Shown here piece after piece: positions 45,761-55,048 of a DNA stretch of 64,000 nt; positions within the stretch are counted from its first letter, which is position 1, and each line of letters begins with the position of its first letter. Both the position numbers and the translations under genes were made by a program. Source of the stretch: an uncultured Syntrophales bacterium (GTDB lineage Bacteria > Desulfobacterota > Syntrophia > Syntrophales > JADFWA01); NCBI GenBank assembly GCA_964454305.1, contig CAYVXX010000003.1, positions 74 through 64,073 on the forward strand. The letters are read 5' to 3'. The notes below the pieces were generated by a model. That model had not been told where the DNA came from. It saw only the letters and a list, made by a program, of their open reading frames with translations, and ran no database searches.

Positions 45761-47548
45761 ATGGTCCAGCACAAAGTGCCATTTTTAACTATCGTGGAAG
45801 CGCTCTCTACGAGAGAAGAATGTACGTCATTTGGTGTGCGGTTCATCTCTCGCTCCGGTGAAGCTACCTTTTACCCATACTGCGATATCCTGAAAAGGGC
45901 AAAGTCAGTGGCTGGCACACTTCAGTCCACGGGCCTTGTGCCGGGAGATCGTGTGGGCGTGATCCTTCCTACCTCGATTCACTTCTTTGACGTGTTTCTC
46001 GGTGTTATACTCGCCGGGGGAATTCCTTGCGCGCTATATCCGCCATTTCGGCTTGGCCGGTTGCCCGAATACTACGATCGAACCCGGAGGATGTTGTCAA
46101 AAATCGGAACGAGGTTTCTCGTTGTGGATGGGCGAATAGGAAAGATCTTAGGCCCGGTCGTGGAAGGCGTGGATACTGTCGAAACCGTTTTCAATCCCAA
46201 GAGTCTTCTCGGTTCTGCCGTATGGACCCCGGTTTACCCCGATCCGGACAGTCCCGCCTTTCTGCAATTTTCATCCGGTACTACCGTTGATCCGAAGGCA
46301 GTTATAGTGTCGCACGTAAATCTTATCAGCAATCTGGAGATGATGGGCAAGATATTCCGGATGTATTCTCCGGAAGAGCTGTCCCTGGAGACTGTGTGCT
46401 GGCTTCCCCTTTATCACGACATGGGTTTGGTCGGATGTATGTTCAATGGGCTTTATTATCCCGCAACAATGAATTATATCGAGCCCGACGTTTTTGTCGC
46501 AAAGCCTGCTATCTGGTTACAGACAATCTCCCGCTACAGAGCGGGAATTTCTCCGGCCCCTCACTTTGCATACAATTTCTGCACAGAAAAAATCAGAGAT
46601 GATGAAATGGCCGGGGTGGACCTCTCATGCTGGAAAGTTGCGATGAACGGGTCGGAACAGATCGATGTGCCTGGGATAAAAAAATTTGTACAGCGTTTCG
46701 CGAAGTGGGGTTTCAGTGACGCCGCGATGACCCCCGTCTATGGGCTCGCGGAAACGGTATTAGCCGTCACATTTTCTGATTTTATGGAGCCGCCGGTGGT
46801 AAAGGAGTTTGATCGTGCGAGTATCTCCGAACAGGGGAGGGCCGATCCGGGAGACGGACATGAGGTTGTCTCCGTCGGCCGGCCTCTTTGCGGAATCGAT
46901 GTTCGGATTTGCGATGAGCGGGATACACCGATGAAAGATAATCGCGTTGGCAAGATCATGGTAAAGGGACCCTCTGTGTCGCCCGGCTACTATGGCGATC
47001 CGGAAACGACCTCAACGACGATCCGCAACGGCTGGCTCGATACCGGAGATTTGGGATTCATCTGCGATAAAGAGCTATACATTACCGGAAGGACAAAGGA
47101 CATTATAATAATTCGCGGCCAAAACATTGCCCCTCAGGCAATCGAAACACTGGTGTGCGATGTAAAGGATGTTCGTGCCGGATGTGTTGCTGCGGTCAGT
47201 ACATTTGTGAAAGGGAAGGGCGAGCAGCTCATCATTCTTGCCGAGAGGGACAGGCGCGCCACACGATCGGAAGAAGTATTAGTCGGAATGATAAGGGAAT
47301 GTGTTATTGCAGGCACAGGGTTGAGTCCGCACCTCGTGCAAATACTTGAACCCGGTACCCTCCCGCGTACCTCATCGGGAAAGATACGACGCCTCGATGC
47401 GCTGAGAATGTTTCTTGCCGGAGAACTTGTACCGCCTGAAAAAATGGGCGCCCTGAAGATAATCATAGGGCTTGCGAAGTCTTGTCTTGCCTGGGGTCGA
47501 TTCCGGCTTAAACGGTACAGACAGTATGGAAAAGTTGAAAATTTGTAG
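45761..47548 (+). CDS. fatty acyl-AMP ligase (FAAL-type adenylating enzyme)
   Basis: AMP-binding motifs LQFSSGTTVDPKAV, YHDMGL, TGDLGF, SSGKIRR. The overall N-terminal pattern (FLT..EAL...) is typical of FAALs that load ACPs rather than CoA. Confidence 0.8.
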   Translation: MVQHKVPFLTIVEALSTREECTSFGVRFISRSGEATFYPYCDILKRAKSVAGTLQSTGLVPGDRVGVILPTSIHFFDVFLGVILAGGIPCALYPPFRLGRLPEYYDRTRRMLSKIGTRFLVVDGRIGKILGPVVEGVDTVETVFNPKSLLGSAVWTPVYPDPDSPAFLQFSSGTTVDPKAVIVSHVNLISNLEMMGKIFRMYSPEELSLETVCWLPLYHDMGLVGCMFNGLYYPATMNYIEPDVFVAKPAIWLQTISRYRAGISPAPHFAYNFCTEKIRDDEMAGVDLSCWKVAMNGSEQIDVPGIKKFVQRFAKWGFSDAAMTPVYGLAETVLAVTFSDFMEPPVVKEFDRASISEQGRADPGDGHEVVSVGRPLCGIDVRICDERDTPMKDNRVGKIMVKGPSVSPGYYGDPETTSTTIRNGWLDTGDLGFICDKELYITGRTKDIIIIRGQNIAPQAIETLVCDVKDVRAGCVAAVSTFVKGKGEQLIILAERDRRATRSEEVLVGMIRECVIAGTGLSPHLVQILEPGTLPRTSSGKIRRLDALRMFLAGELVPPEKMGALKIIIGLAKSCLAWGRFRLKRYRQYGKVENL

Positions 47549-47610
47549 ATTTCTCAAGTTCAATGGATACCAGGCGGAATGCCCCCAATTTTAGATGAAA
47601 AGAGGTAATC

Positions 47611-49035
47611 ATGCATTGTAGATTTAGTTTGTACTTTGGAATTATTCTATTTTTCATTTTTTCTTCTCTTTTCTTTCCGTCAGATTCAATCAGGGCCGCA
47701 GATCCTTCAGACAGTCCGGTATCGGAATCCAGCGATAAGGCAAACAAGAAGGCTGTTGAAAAGCTCCGCACGATGACCCCGGAGGAGATTAAAGCCCTGG
47801 ATGAAAAACTCGCCGAGGCGATGACCCTCTATTACGACAGAAAGTTTGGGCAAGCCCTGACCATCTTCAAGGAGATAGCCGGCGATGTGGAGACGATGGA
47901 CGTCATGTGGTGGCTCGGCACAAGCGCCATGAATGCCGGAGAGATCCAGCTTGCCATCGAAAAGTTTAAGAGGATGCTGGAGATAGATCCCCAACTGCAC
48001 AGGGTCAGGCTGGAACTTGCGATGAGCTATTTCAAGCTGGGAAAATACGATGAAGCGCGCCGGGAGATCGAAATAGTCCGGGCGGCAAAACCACCTGAAG
48101 CCGTTCAGAAAAATATGGATAAGCTCCTTGCCGCTATAGAACAGGAGACGAAGAAGCTATTCTGGAATGTCAGGTTTTCCCAGGGCATCATGTATGACAC
48201 CAATGTCAGCGCGGGCCCGAATGAGCGGGAACTGAAGGTATCAGGAGGAACCCTGACAATCGATACTGATTCCAAAAAGATTCGAGACGAGGCACTGGTA
48301 ACCAGTCTACAGGGCAATGTTCTCTATGATTTTGGCCGGAAACAGAATTTCATGTGGAATACGGAAGTTATATTTTACAACAGCGCTTATCAAACTTACT
48401 CCAAGTACAACTTTATGATGGTTGATATAAATACGGGTCCCTGGTGGGTTGGCAGACGCGATATCATCAAGGCGCCTGTCGGATACCGTGAGCAGTATTA
48501 CGGAAGTGAGCGCCTGTCTAATATTATTCATATTGATCCCAGTTATGAGCATTACTTCTCCCAGTATTTCAGTCTGCGCGCATTATACTCCTACAACAAA
48601 GAATTCTTCTATAATGAGGACAATTCATCCCTTGAAAATAACACCCAGGTTTATGAACTCAGTCCGAGTATTTATCTGGGGAATCGTCGTCATATTATTT
48701 CGGGGGCTTTAGGGCACGAGAATCGTGATGCCGATGCACGCAGATTCTGTTACAGTGCATGGTACTATGCGCTATCGTATTTTACACGGTTTTCCACCAA
48801 CACGGAGATTTTCTTCAGGTACAAATGGATTGAGAAGAATTACAGGGATAAGCCCCTTCTGTATACACAGGATCGTGAAGACAGACGTCATACCATCACG
48901 GCAGTTGTAAACCAGGAGTTTTACAAGGATTTTTTCGCATCGCTTGCATTTTACTATACAGACAATCATTCAAATGCTTCACTTTACGAGTTTGACAAAG
49001 CCACCTACACGATTAATGTGGGGTTTAAGTTTTAA
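47611..49035 (+). CDS. TPR + C-terminal beta-barrel outer-membrane protein, Slam (DUF560)-like
   Basis: Signal peptide (...SIRA/AD). N-terminal TPR-like helices. Alternating-hydrophobic beta strands to a terminal ...YTINVGFKF. Size and layout match the surface-lipoprotein assembly modulator family. Assignment by architecture and neighbour. Confidence 0.55.
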   Translation: MHCRFSLYFGIILFFIFSSLFFPSDSIRAADPSDSPVSESSDKANKKAVEKLRTMTPEEIKALDEKLAEAMTLYYDRKFGQALTIFKEIAGDVETMDVMWWLGTSAMNAGEIQLAIEKFKRMLEIDPQLHRVRLELAMSYFKLGKYDEARREIEIVRAAKPPEAVQKNMDKLLAAIEQETKKLFWNVRFSQGIMYDTNVSAGPNERELKVSGGTLTIDTDSKKIRDEALVTSLQGNVLYDFGRKQNFMWNTEVIFYNSAYQTYSKYNFMMVDINTGPWWVGRRDIIKAPVGYREQYYGSERLSNIIHIDPSYEHYFSQYFSLRALYSYNKEFFYNEDNSSLENNTQVYELSPSIYLGNRRHIISGALGHENRDADARRFCYSAWYYALSYFTRFSTNTEIFFRYKWIEKNYRDKPLLYTQDREDRRHTITAVVNQEFYKDFFASLAFYYTDNHSNASLYEFDKATYTINVGFKF

Positions 49036-49069
49036 CTGTCAAGGTACAGCTTAAACAGGGGGAATAACC

Positions 49070-51631
49070 ATGAAACGGCATATTTTTATAATGTTAATTG
49101 TCGCGGCCTTTCTGTTAGGGTGGTCGCAGATTTTGTTGTGCCAGGAGGGCAGGGGAAATGCGGTGCCGGCAGACATGCTCCAGGAGGAGCTGCGGGGCCT
49201 TGATATAAAAGATTATTTTATCAGCTCCGACGCTGAAGAAGTGGGGTTTGTGAGGACTTTAGCCGGTCATATGGTTGTAAGACACGGGGATTCGGGTGAG
49301 GCCTACTTTGCGGTGCCCGGTGACAAGCTTTTTAAAAAGGACATCATTTTTACGCTGGAAAAATCCCGCTGTCGCCTGAAGTTCCTTGACGATAATGTGG
49401 TCACACTGGGTGAAAAGACCATGCTTGCCATAAAGGAATTTGCAGCCGACCTCAAACTGAAGGAAAAGAAATCGGTTTATAAAGTGACCAGGGGCAAGGC
49501 GATGTTCTATGCCCTGAAATTACTTCGGTACAGAAAGGCGTCGATGTCGGTTGAGACCCCGACCGCCGTAGCGGGGGTGAGGGGGACCAAGTTCGGTGTG
49601 GAAGTCAAGGAGACGAAGGAAAAATCGACTGCCCTGCGCCCTGTATACCTTGCCGATGCCTCGGAGACGGGATGGATCAGGCTTGCTCAGAGTGGTCCCG
49701 AGGGCTACATAACCGCTACGATAGTTTACAATTTTGATGGAACAGTGACTGTCACTTCAACGGTAACCGGGCAGAGCGTGACATTGCTTCCCGGACAGAT
49801 GATCAATATGTTCGTTACGGGTCCCGGCAATGTGGTCTTTATTCCGCCCAATGTATGGCAGCAGTTTCTGGATGATACATCAGCGCCGGGTGGAGGCGGT
49901 GGAACAGGCGGTGGAACAGGTGGTGGAACAGGCGGCGGAACAGGTGGTGGCGGGACTAATGGCTCAACTACGTCTACCGATCTTACACAGACGCTGACAG
50001 GTAAAGGATCAGAAGAGGGAGTATCCGATACTGTTACCGATCCTGAGACGAATGCAACGGGAACTCAAGTGGGGTACTTCGCGGGGATGCTTACAAATCA
50101 ATCCGGTTCCAGTCTGGAGGAAGTGTTTGCCAGCAAGACTCGTCAGAATTTCAATGGTGACAATATTTGGGCGAGGGGCAGCAAGAACACATCATCCGAT
50201 TATCTAAGAGCTGGCCCTGGATATACCCTGGATAATCCTTATGCGAAGTGGGCGATGTTCGATTCCGGATCGAAAAACTCGGGAGATCTTGGAGACAACC
50301 ATGCGATAAATCATAGCGAACTGGGTCATATCAGTGGCGAAGCTAGTGATTACCTGCTCGAATGGGGTTACTGGATCATACCTACGAAATTTACCGTAGA
50401 TAGCGTGGATTATCTCGTGGATAACAGGGGATATTACATCTTCGGTGATGACACATCATCGATGCCCGGTACGGGATCGGCTTCCTATAGCGGAGATGCA
50501 TACGGCACTTACTGGTCATCGGGTAGTGGTACCGATATGGATGGGTCTTTCAGCTGCAGTGTTAATTTTAGTACTGCCGCGATAAGCGATTTTGACTTGA
50601 GTGTTTTGTCCAGCGACGAGTCAACGTCGGCCTCAATCACAGACGCCACAGGGTCTTTTTCGGGTAGCAGTTACTTCCAGATCACAGGGGGCACATGGAA
50701 TCTCAATGGTGTGACCCCTGATGACAAGATGTGTTACGGGTCGTTTTACGGGAGTGCTGCGGATTACATCGGTGGCGCCTGGGGGATGTATAATACAAGT
50801 TCCAACACGGGGGCCGTCGGTATATTCAAGGGTGATAAAGGAAGTATCGCTCCGTCGACCCATTACGGCTATATGACAGGGATGCTTGAACATTCGTCTG
50901 GAACGAGGACGTACGCCACAACTTACATAAGCCAGACGCTGACAAATTTTGATGCCGGCAGTGTCAAGGTTGCAGAAGCAGGAAAAGATGTTGCTACGTA
51001 TTATATCAAGCTGAACGGGAGTGTAAGTCCGAGAACACTTGATGAGTGGACCCGCTTTTATGAGTATCCTGTTACCTGGTCCGGCTCCGAAGGGATCAGC
51101 CGAACGGAGACCGGTCACAGCGAATATATGGAGTGGGGGCACTGGACACAAACGACCGCAATGCCAAGCGATGGACACGATTATTATTTTGCGAACCGCG
51201 GTTATTACGTCTGGGGTGATTATACACAGGATATGCCGACGGGCACGGCGACATACAGCGGTGACGCCTATGGGACATTCTGGAAGAGTGACGCTGTGGG
51301 CGATAATATGACGGGAACATTCGATTCCACTGTGAATTTCGCTACAGCCGAAATCAGTGACTTTAATATGACTGTTACCGGAACCAGCCATTCGGCTATC
51401 ATAGAAAATGCTTCAGGTTCAATAAGTGACAGTAAGTTCAGTCTGAGCGAAGGTACGTGGAAACTGGGCACAACGGGTACTGAAATAAGTGCTACCTCGT
51501 ACTCGGGACACGGTTCTTTTTACGGCACCAATGCCGCGGCGATAGGCGGTGTATGGCAGATGGATCATAGCTGTTGTGACTATCACGCTGTCGGGTCATT
51601 TGCCGGCACTAAACAGGCTGTAGAGGATTAG
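49070..51631 (+). CDS. secreted FecR-domain protein with Gly/Thr linker and two TbpB/Slam-substrate-like handle-barrel repeats
   Basis: Signal peptide. FecR-like region (TPTAVAGVRGTKFGVEV). (GGGT)n linker. Two ~256-aa repeats, each with EWG[YH]W, then [AT]SYSGDAYGT[YF]W ... VNF[SA]TA[AE]ISDF ... GSFYG..A..IGG.W, the pattern of TbpB/fHbp-type 8-strand barrels. Confidence 0.6.
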   Translation: MKRHIFIMLIVAAFLLGWSQILLCQEGRGNAVPADMLQEELRGLDIKDYFISSDAEEVGFVRTLAGHMVVRHGDSGEAYFAVPGDKLFKKDIIFTLEKSRCRLKFLDDNVVTLGEKTMLAIKEFAADLKLKEKKSVYKVTRGKAMFYALKLLRYRKASMSVETPTAVAGVRGTKFGVEVKETKEKSTALRPVYLADASETGWIRLAQSGPEGYITATIVYNFDGTVTVTSTVTGQSVTLLPGQMINMFVTGPGNVVFIPPNVWQQFLDDTSAPGGGGGTGGGTGGGTGGGTGGGGTNGSTTSTDLTQTLTGKGSEEGVSDTVTDPETNATGTQVGYFAGMLTNQSGSSLEEVFASKTRQNFNGDNIWARGSKNTSSDYLRAGPGYTLDNPYAKWAMFDSGSKNSGDLGDNHAINHSELGHISGEASDYLLEWGYWIIPTKFTVDSVDYLVDNRGYYIFGDDTSSMPGTGSASYSGDAYGTYWSSGSGTDMDGSFSCSVNFSTAAISDFDLSVLSSDESTSASITDATGSFSGSSYFQITGGTWNLNGVTPDDKMCYGSFYGSAADYIGGAWGMYNTSSNTGAVGIFKGDKGSIAPSTHYGYMTGMLEHSSGTRTYATTYISQTLTNFDAGSVKVAEAGKDVATYYIKLNGSVSPRTLDEWTRFYEYPVTWSGSEGISRTETGHSEYMEWGHWTQTTAMPSDGHDYYFANRGYYVWGDYTQDMPTGTATYSGDAYGTFWKSDAVGDNMTGTFDSTVNFATAEISDFNMTVTGTSHSAIIENASGSISDSKFSLSEGTWKLGTTGTEISATSYSGHGSFYGTNAAAIGGVWQMDHSCCDYHAVGSFAGTKQAVED
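49889..49954 (+). repeat. 12-nt in-frame tandem repeat (GGTGGAACAGGC x about 4, with flanking GGN runs)
   Basis: ggtggaggc ggtggaacaggc ggtggaacaggt ggtggaacaggc ggcggaacaggt ggtggcggg, encoding GGGGGTGGGTGGGTGGGTGGGG. Confidence 0.9.
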
Positions 51632-51669
51632 AGTAAGTGATTTTAAAAAGATCGTCAATATATATTAAG

Positions 51670-51702
51670 GGGCCTTGTCTTTTTGAGGCAAGGCCCTCTT
51701 TT
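51670..51702 (+). terminator. rho-independent terminator
   Basis: GGGCCTTG (51670-51677), 11-nt loop, CAAGGCCC (51689-51696), then TCTTTT. Lies 39 nt after the stop of 49070-51631. Confidence 0.7.
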
Positions 51703-51728
51703 AACAGTCCGGATCATGCCGGGGGAGA

Positions 51729-53621
51729 ATGGCACCTATTCGGAACAGCAGAGTAGCAGTAACATTATCGCTTCTTTTTATTGCCCTTTTTACCTTCCTT
51801 GTCTTTTCCAACACCCTCGACAATGAATTCGTCAACTACGACGATGATAAATTAGTCTATAATAACAACACCATAAAAACCATATCGTGGAAAAATGCGA
51901 AAAAGATTTTTACCTCTTTTCCAACGGCAATGTATCTTCCCCTGGTACAATGCTCATATAGTGTTGAATACGCAATTGCCGGTTTAAACCCCGCAACGTA
52001 TCATTTTACAAACCTTGTTTTGCATATTTCCAATACCCTTCTTGTCTTCTGTCTCATCTATCTTTTAAGCGGGAGTTTATCCGCGTCTATTGTGGGTGCG
52101 CTCCTCTTCGGCGTACATCCCCTCCATGCAGAGTCGGTCGCCTGGATATCGGAAAGAAAGGACCAGTTGTCAACCATTTTCTTTTTGGGGGCTCTTATTG
52201 CTTATTGTTTTTATCTGGTAAGATCGAAGGGGAAATATTACTTTGTCACCCTTTTTGCCTTTGTTCTTTCTCTCTTATCCAAACCAATGGGGGTTACTCT
52301 TCCCTTAGTTTTGCTGCTTTTTGATTACCGATATCGCAGGCAGTTTGAAAGAAAGATGTTAATTGAAAAAATCCCTTTTTTTATTATCAGCATTATCTTC
52401 GGTCTGTTGGCAATTTTAGGCCGGGATCTGAAAAGCGGAGCGGGTGCAAAGGAACTTATTCCTGTTTTTGAAAGGCTTCTTCTGGCCGGAAAATCAATCA
52501 TTTTCTATCTCGGCAAGATTGTATGGCCCACCGGCCTTTCTCTAATATACCCTTACCCGGAAAAGATTCATCTGCTCACGCCATCTGTTTTTCTTTCCTT
52601 CTTCCTTCTTGTGGTCATTATGACCGGCATCTTTTATTCAAGAAAATATACACGGGAAATAATCTTTGGGACTCTTTTCCTTTTTATAACTTTGCTTCCC
52701 GTTCTCGATATCATACCAAGGGCGGGAATAGACTTCGCCGCGGACAGGTATATGTATATTCCTTCCTTCGGGTTGTTCTATCTGATCGGTCTGGGCTGGG
52801 ATAAAGTCTACAGGTGGCACGTACCCCGGGAAAAGGCAAAAAAAGTGATCCTGGTTTTCCTTTTAATTGTATCGATTGGATCCTGTTCTTATTTAGCATA
52901 TAAGAGAAATAATGTCTGGCAGAACAGCGGAACCCTCTGGCTGGACGTCATAGACAAGTATCCGGGGATTGCCAGAGCCCATAATAATCTCGGGGCTTAT
53001 TATCAGGCGACGGGAAAAACCGGCGCGGCTTTACGGGAATTCGAAAAAGCCGTGGAATTGGATCCCCGCTATCCGGATGCATATAATAATCTGGGACTCT
53101 GGCATGGTCAAAAGGGAGAATATGAAAAGGCAATTGTTGAGTTGAAGAAGGCAATCGCATTACGTCCCGATTATAGTGAGGCACGCAACAATCTTGGCAT
53201 GTGCTATAATGGATCAGGGATGTTTCAAGAGGCTATTAACCAGTACAGAGAGGCTTTGAACGTGGAACCCGATGCCGAGATTCATTATAATCTTGGAAAT
53301 TCATACTTTACTGTCGGAAAGACAGATAAAGCAGTGAATGAATACGGGAGGGCCTTAGCAATAGATCCGGGATTTACAAAAGCCCACGAAAATCTTGGCA
53401 TCCTCTATGGTAAAATGAAAATGTTTGAAAAGGCCATTGCCGAGCATACGATTGCGTTATCATTAGAACCGGACAACGCAAGAGTGTACTACCTTATAGC
53501 TGTTGAGTACTATTTAGACGAACAGTATGATCAGGCAAAACAGCACCTTGATAAAGCCGTTAAACTTGGTTATAAAAATATTGATCCCGCTTTTATGGAA
53601 CTACTCGGGTCTCACAGATGA
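51729..53621 (+). CDS. polytopic membrane protein with C-terminal TPR array (TMTC / PMT_2-like glycosyltransferase-C fold candidate)
   Basis: N-terminus ...NTLDNEFVNYDDDKLV, followed by about 10 TM helices. The C-terminal ~230 aa are canonical TPRs (AHNNLGAYY..., AYNNLGLWH..., ARNNLGMCY...). Confidence 0.65.
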   Translation: MAPIRNSRVAVTLSLLFIALFTFLVFSNTLDNEFVNYDDDKLVYNNNTIKTISWKNAKKIFTSFPTAMYLPLVQCSYSVEYAIAGLNPATYHFTNLVLHISNTLLVFCLIYLLSGSLSASIVGALLFGVHPLHAESVAWISERKDQLSTIFFLGALIAYCFYLVRSKGKYYFVTLFAFVLSLLSKPMGVTLPLVLLLFDYRYRRQFERKMLIEKIPFFIISIIFGLLAILGRDLKSGAGAKELIPVFERLLLAGKSIIFYLGKIVWPTGLSLIYPYPEKIHLLTPSVFLSFFLLVVIMTGIFYSRKYTREIIFGTLFLFITLLPVLDIIPRAGIDFAADRYMYIPSFGLFYLIGLGWDKVYRWHVPREKAKKVILVFLLIVSIGSCSYLAYKRNNVWQNSGTLWLDVIDKYPGIARAHNNLGAYYQATGKTGAALREFEKAVELDPRYPDAYNNLGLWHGQKGEYEKAIVELKKAIALRPDYSEARNNLGMCYNGSGMFQEAINQYREALNVEPDAEIHYNLGNSYFTVGKTDKAVNEYGRALAIDPGFTKAHENLGILYGKMKMFEKAIAEHTIALSLEPDNARVYYLIAVEYYLDEQYDQAKQHLDKAVKLGYKNIDPAFMELLGSHR

Positions 53622-53661
53622 AACTTTCCGTTATTATCTCTGCCTTCAATAAAATCCGGGG

Positions 53662-54774
53662 TTAATCTTCTCGTTTCCCATTGATAAAGTCTTCCGTCAA
53701 CTGATGCGCCTCATTATCAGAAAATTGTCTGGGCGGATGCTTCATAAAATATGCGGACGGCGAATAGAGGACTCCGCCTTTCCCCCTGTCCAAAGCCAGC
53801 TTGCAACACCTAATAGCGTCTATCACTACCCCTCCTGAGTTTGGAGAATCCTCAACAGAGAGCCTCATTTCGAGGTCTATCGGCACATCGCCGAAAATTT
53901 TGCCCTCCATTCTGAGGAAACAGATTTTGTTGTCTTTCTGCCATGCTACCCAGTCACTGGGGCCAATGTATATGTTATCGTCCTCCAGCCGTTTTTTGAT
54001 TTGACTCTGTACGGCCTCTGTTTTGGATTCCCGTTTGGAGATAAGGCGGGTTCTGTCAAGCATATTGAGGAAATCCGTATTTCCCCCCGTGTTTATCTGA
54101 TACGTGCGTTCAAGTTTGACACCCCTTTTTTCGAAAAGATTTGTTAACATTCTGTGCACAACCGTGGCGCCAAGCTGGGATTTTATGTCATCACCGATAA
54201 TCGGTATACCCGCTTTTTTGAATCTTTCACTCCATTCGGGATTGCTGGCAATGAAGACAGGCATGTTGTTGATTAATCCAACACCGGCTTCCAGGGCACA
54301 CTCCGCATAAAATCGGGCAGCCTCTTCAGAACCGACGGGAAGGTAATTTAACAGAATTTCAGCGCCCGATTCTTTCAGTTCTCTGATCACGTTTTCTTTG
54401 TTTGTTTCTTGTAGATCGGATAAAAGGATGGTGTGTTTATCATTGTAATTGCGCATATGGTCAGCATAACTATCCAGAACTCTTCCCATTCGAACGATGG
54501 TTCCCGTCTTCGGAATATCTTTGCAGAAAATCGTAGTACAGTTTGGAAGCTCAAAAATGGCTTCGGATACGTCCTTCCCGACTTTTCTTTGATCGATGTC
54601 GAAAGCGGCTACAACTTCTAAATCGAATGGCCTGTAACCGCCGATGTCCCAGTGCATCAGACCGATAGCATCCTCACTGTTTTTGTTTCTGTAGTATTCG
54701 ACACCCTGAAGCAATGAGCTTGCACAATTACCTATTCCTATAATACCTGTTTTGATCTTGCCCATAAGTGACAA
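53662..54774 (-). CDS. ino1: myo-inositol-1-phosphate synthase
   Basis: 370 aa. N-terminal Rossmann GIIGIGNCASSLLQG, NTGGNTDFLN, and overall similarity to the bacterial/archaeal MIPS family. Confidence 0.85.
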   Translation of the reverse strand: MSLMGKIKTGIIGIGNCASSLLQGVEYYRNKNSEDAIGLMHWDIGGYRPFDLEVVAAFDIDQRKVGKDVSEAIFELPNCTTIFCKDIPKTGTIVRMGRVLDSYADHMRNYNDKHTILLSDLQETNKENVIRELKESGAEILLNYLPVGSEEAARFYAECALEAGVGLINNMPVFIASNPEWSERFKKAGIPIIGDDIKSQLGATVVHRMLTNLFEKRGVKLERTYQINTGGNTDFLNMLDRTRLISKRESKTEAVQSQIKKRLEDDNIYIGPSDWVAWQKDNKICFLRMEGKIFGDVPIDLEMRLSVEDSPNSGGVVIDAIRCCKLALDRGKGGVLYSPSAYFMKHPPRQFSDNEAHQLTEDFINGKRED

Positions 54775-55048
54775 ATTCCCTGCTTCTGTACCTATGTTTT
54801 GAAAGCTTTGAAAACATAAATTTTCAGCTTTTCAAAGGTCTAGTTTTATAGGCACAATAAATACAATTAGAGGATATTATTTCTTGTTAATCTCAATATA
54901 CACCATATCGGAAAGTGTCAATAGAAATGAGATGCTTTATTGTATCACATAATCGCCTTTATTAGGTGATGGTCTATTAATCCAGGCTGTTTTTAGCAAT
55001 GCCTTCGGTTTAAGTGTTTTCCCTTTGAACAGTAATTCTGAATAGGGG

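Noticed and set aside
49889-49954. Possible CRISPR or other spaced-repeat array; the dispersed TTGAACTGAACAGCGAGCG copies were also considered.
   Set aside because: The 12-nt units are contiguous, in frame and inside a gene. The dispersed repeats are not regularly spaced and lack unique spacers and cas genes. No CRISPR array is present in the window.
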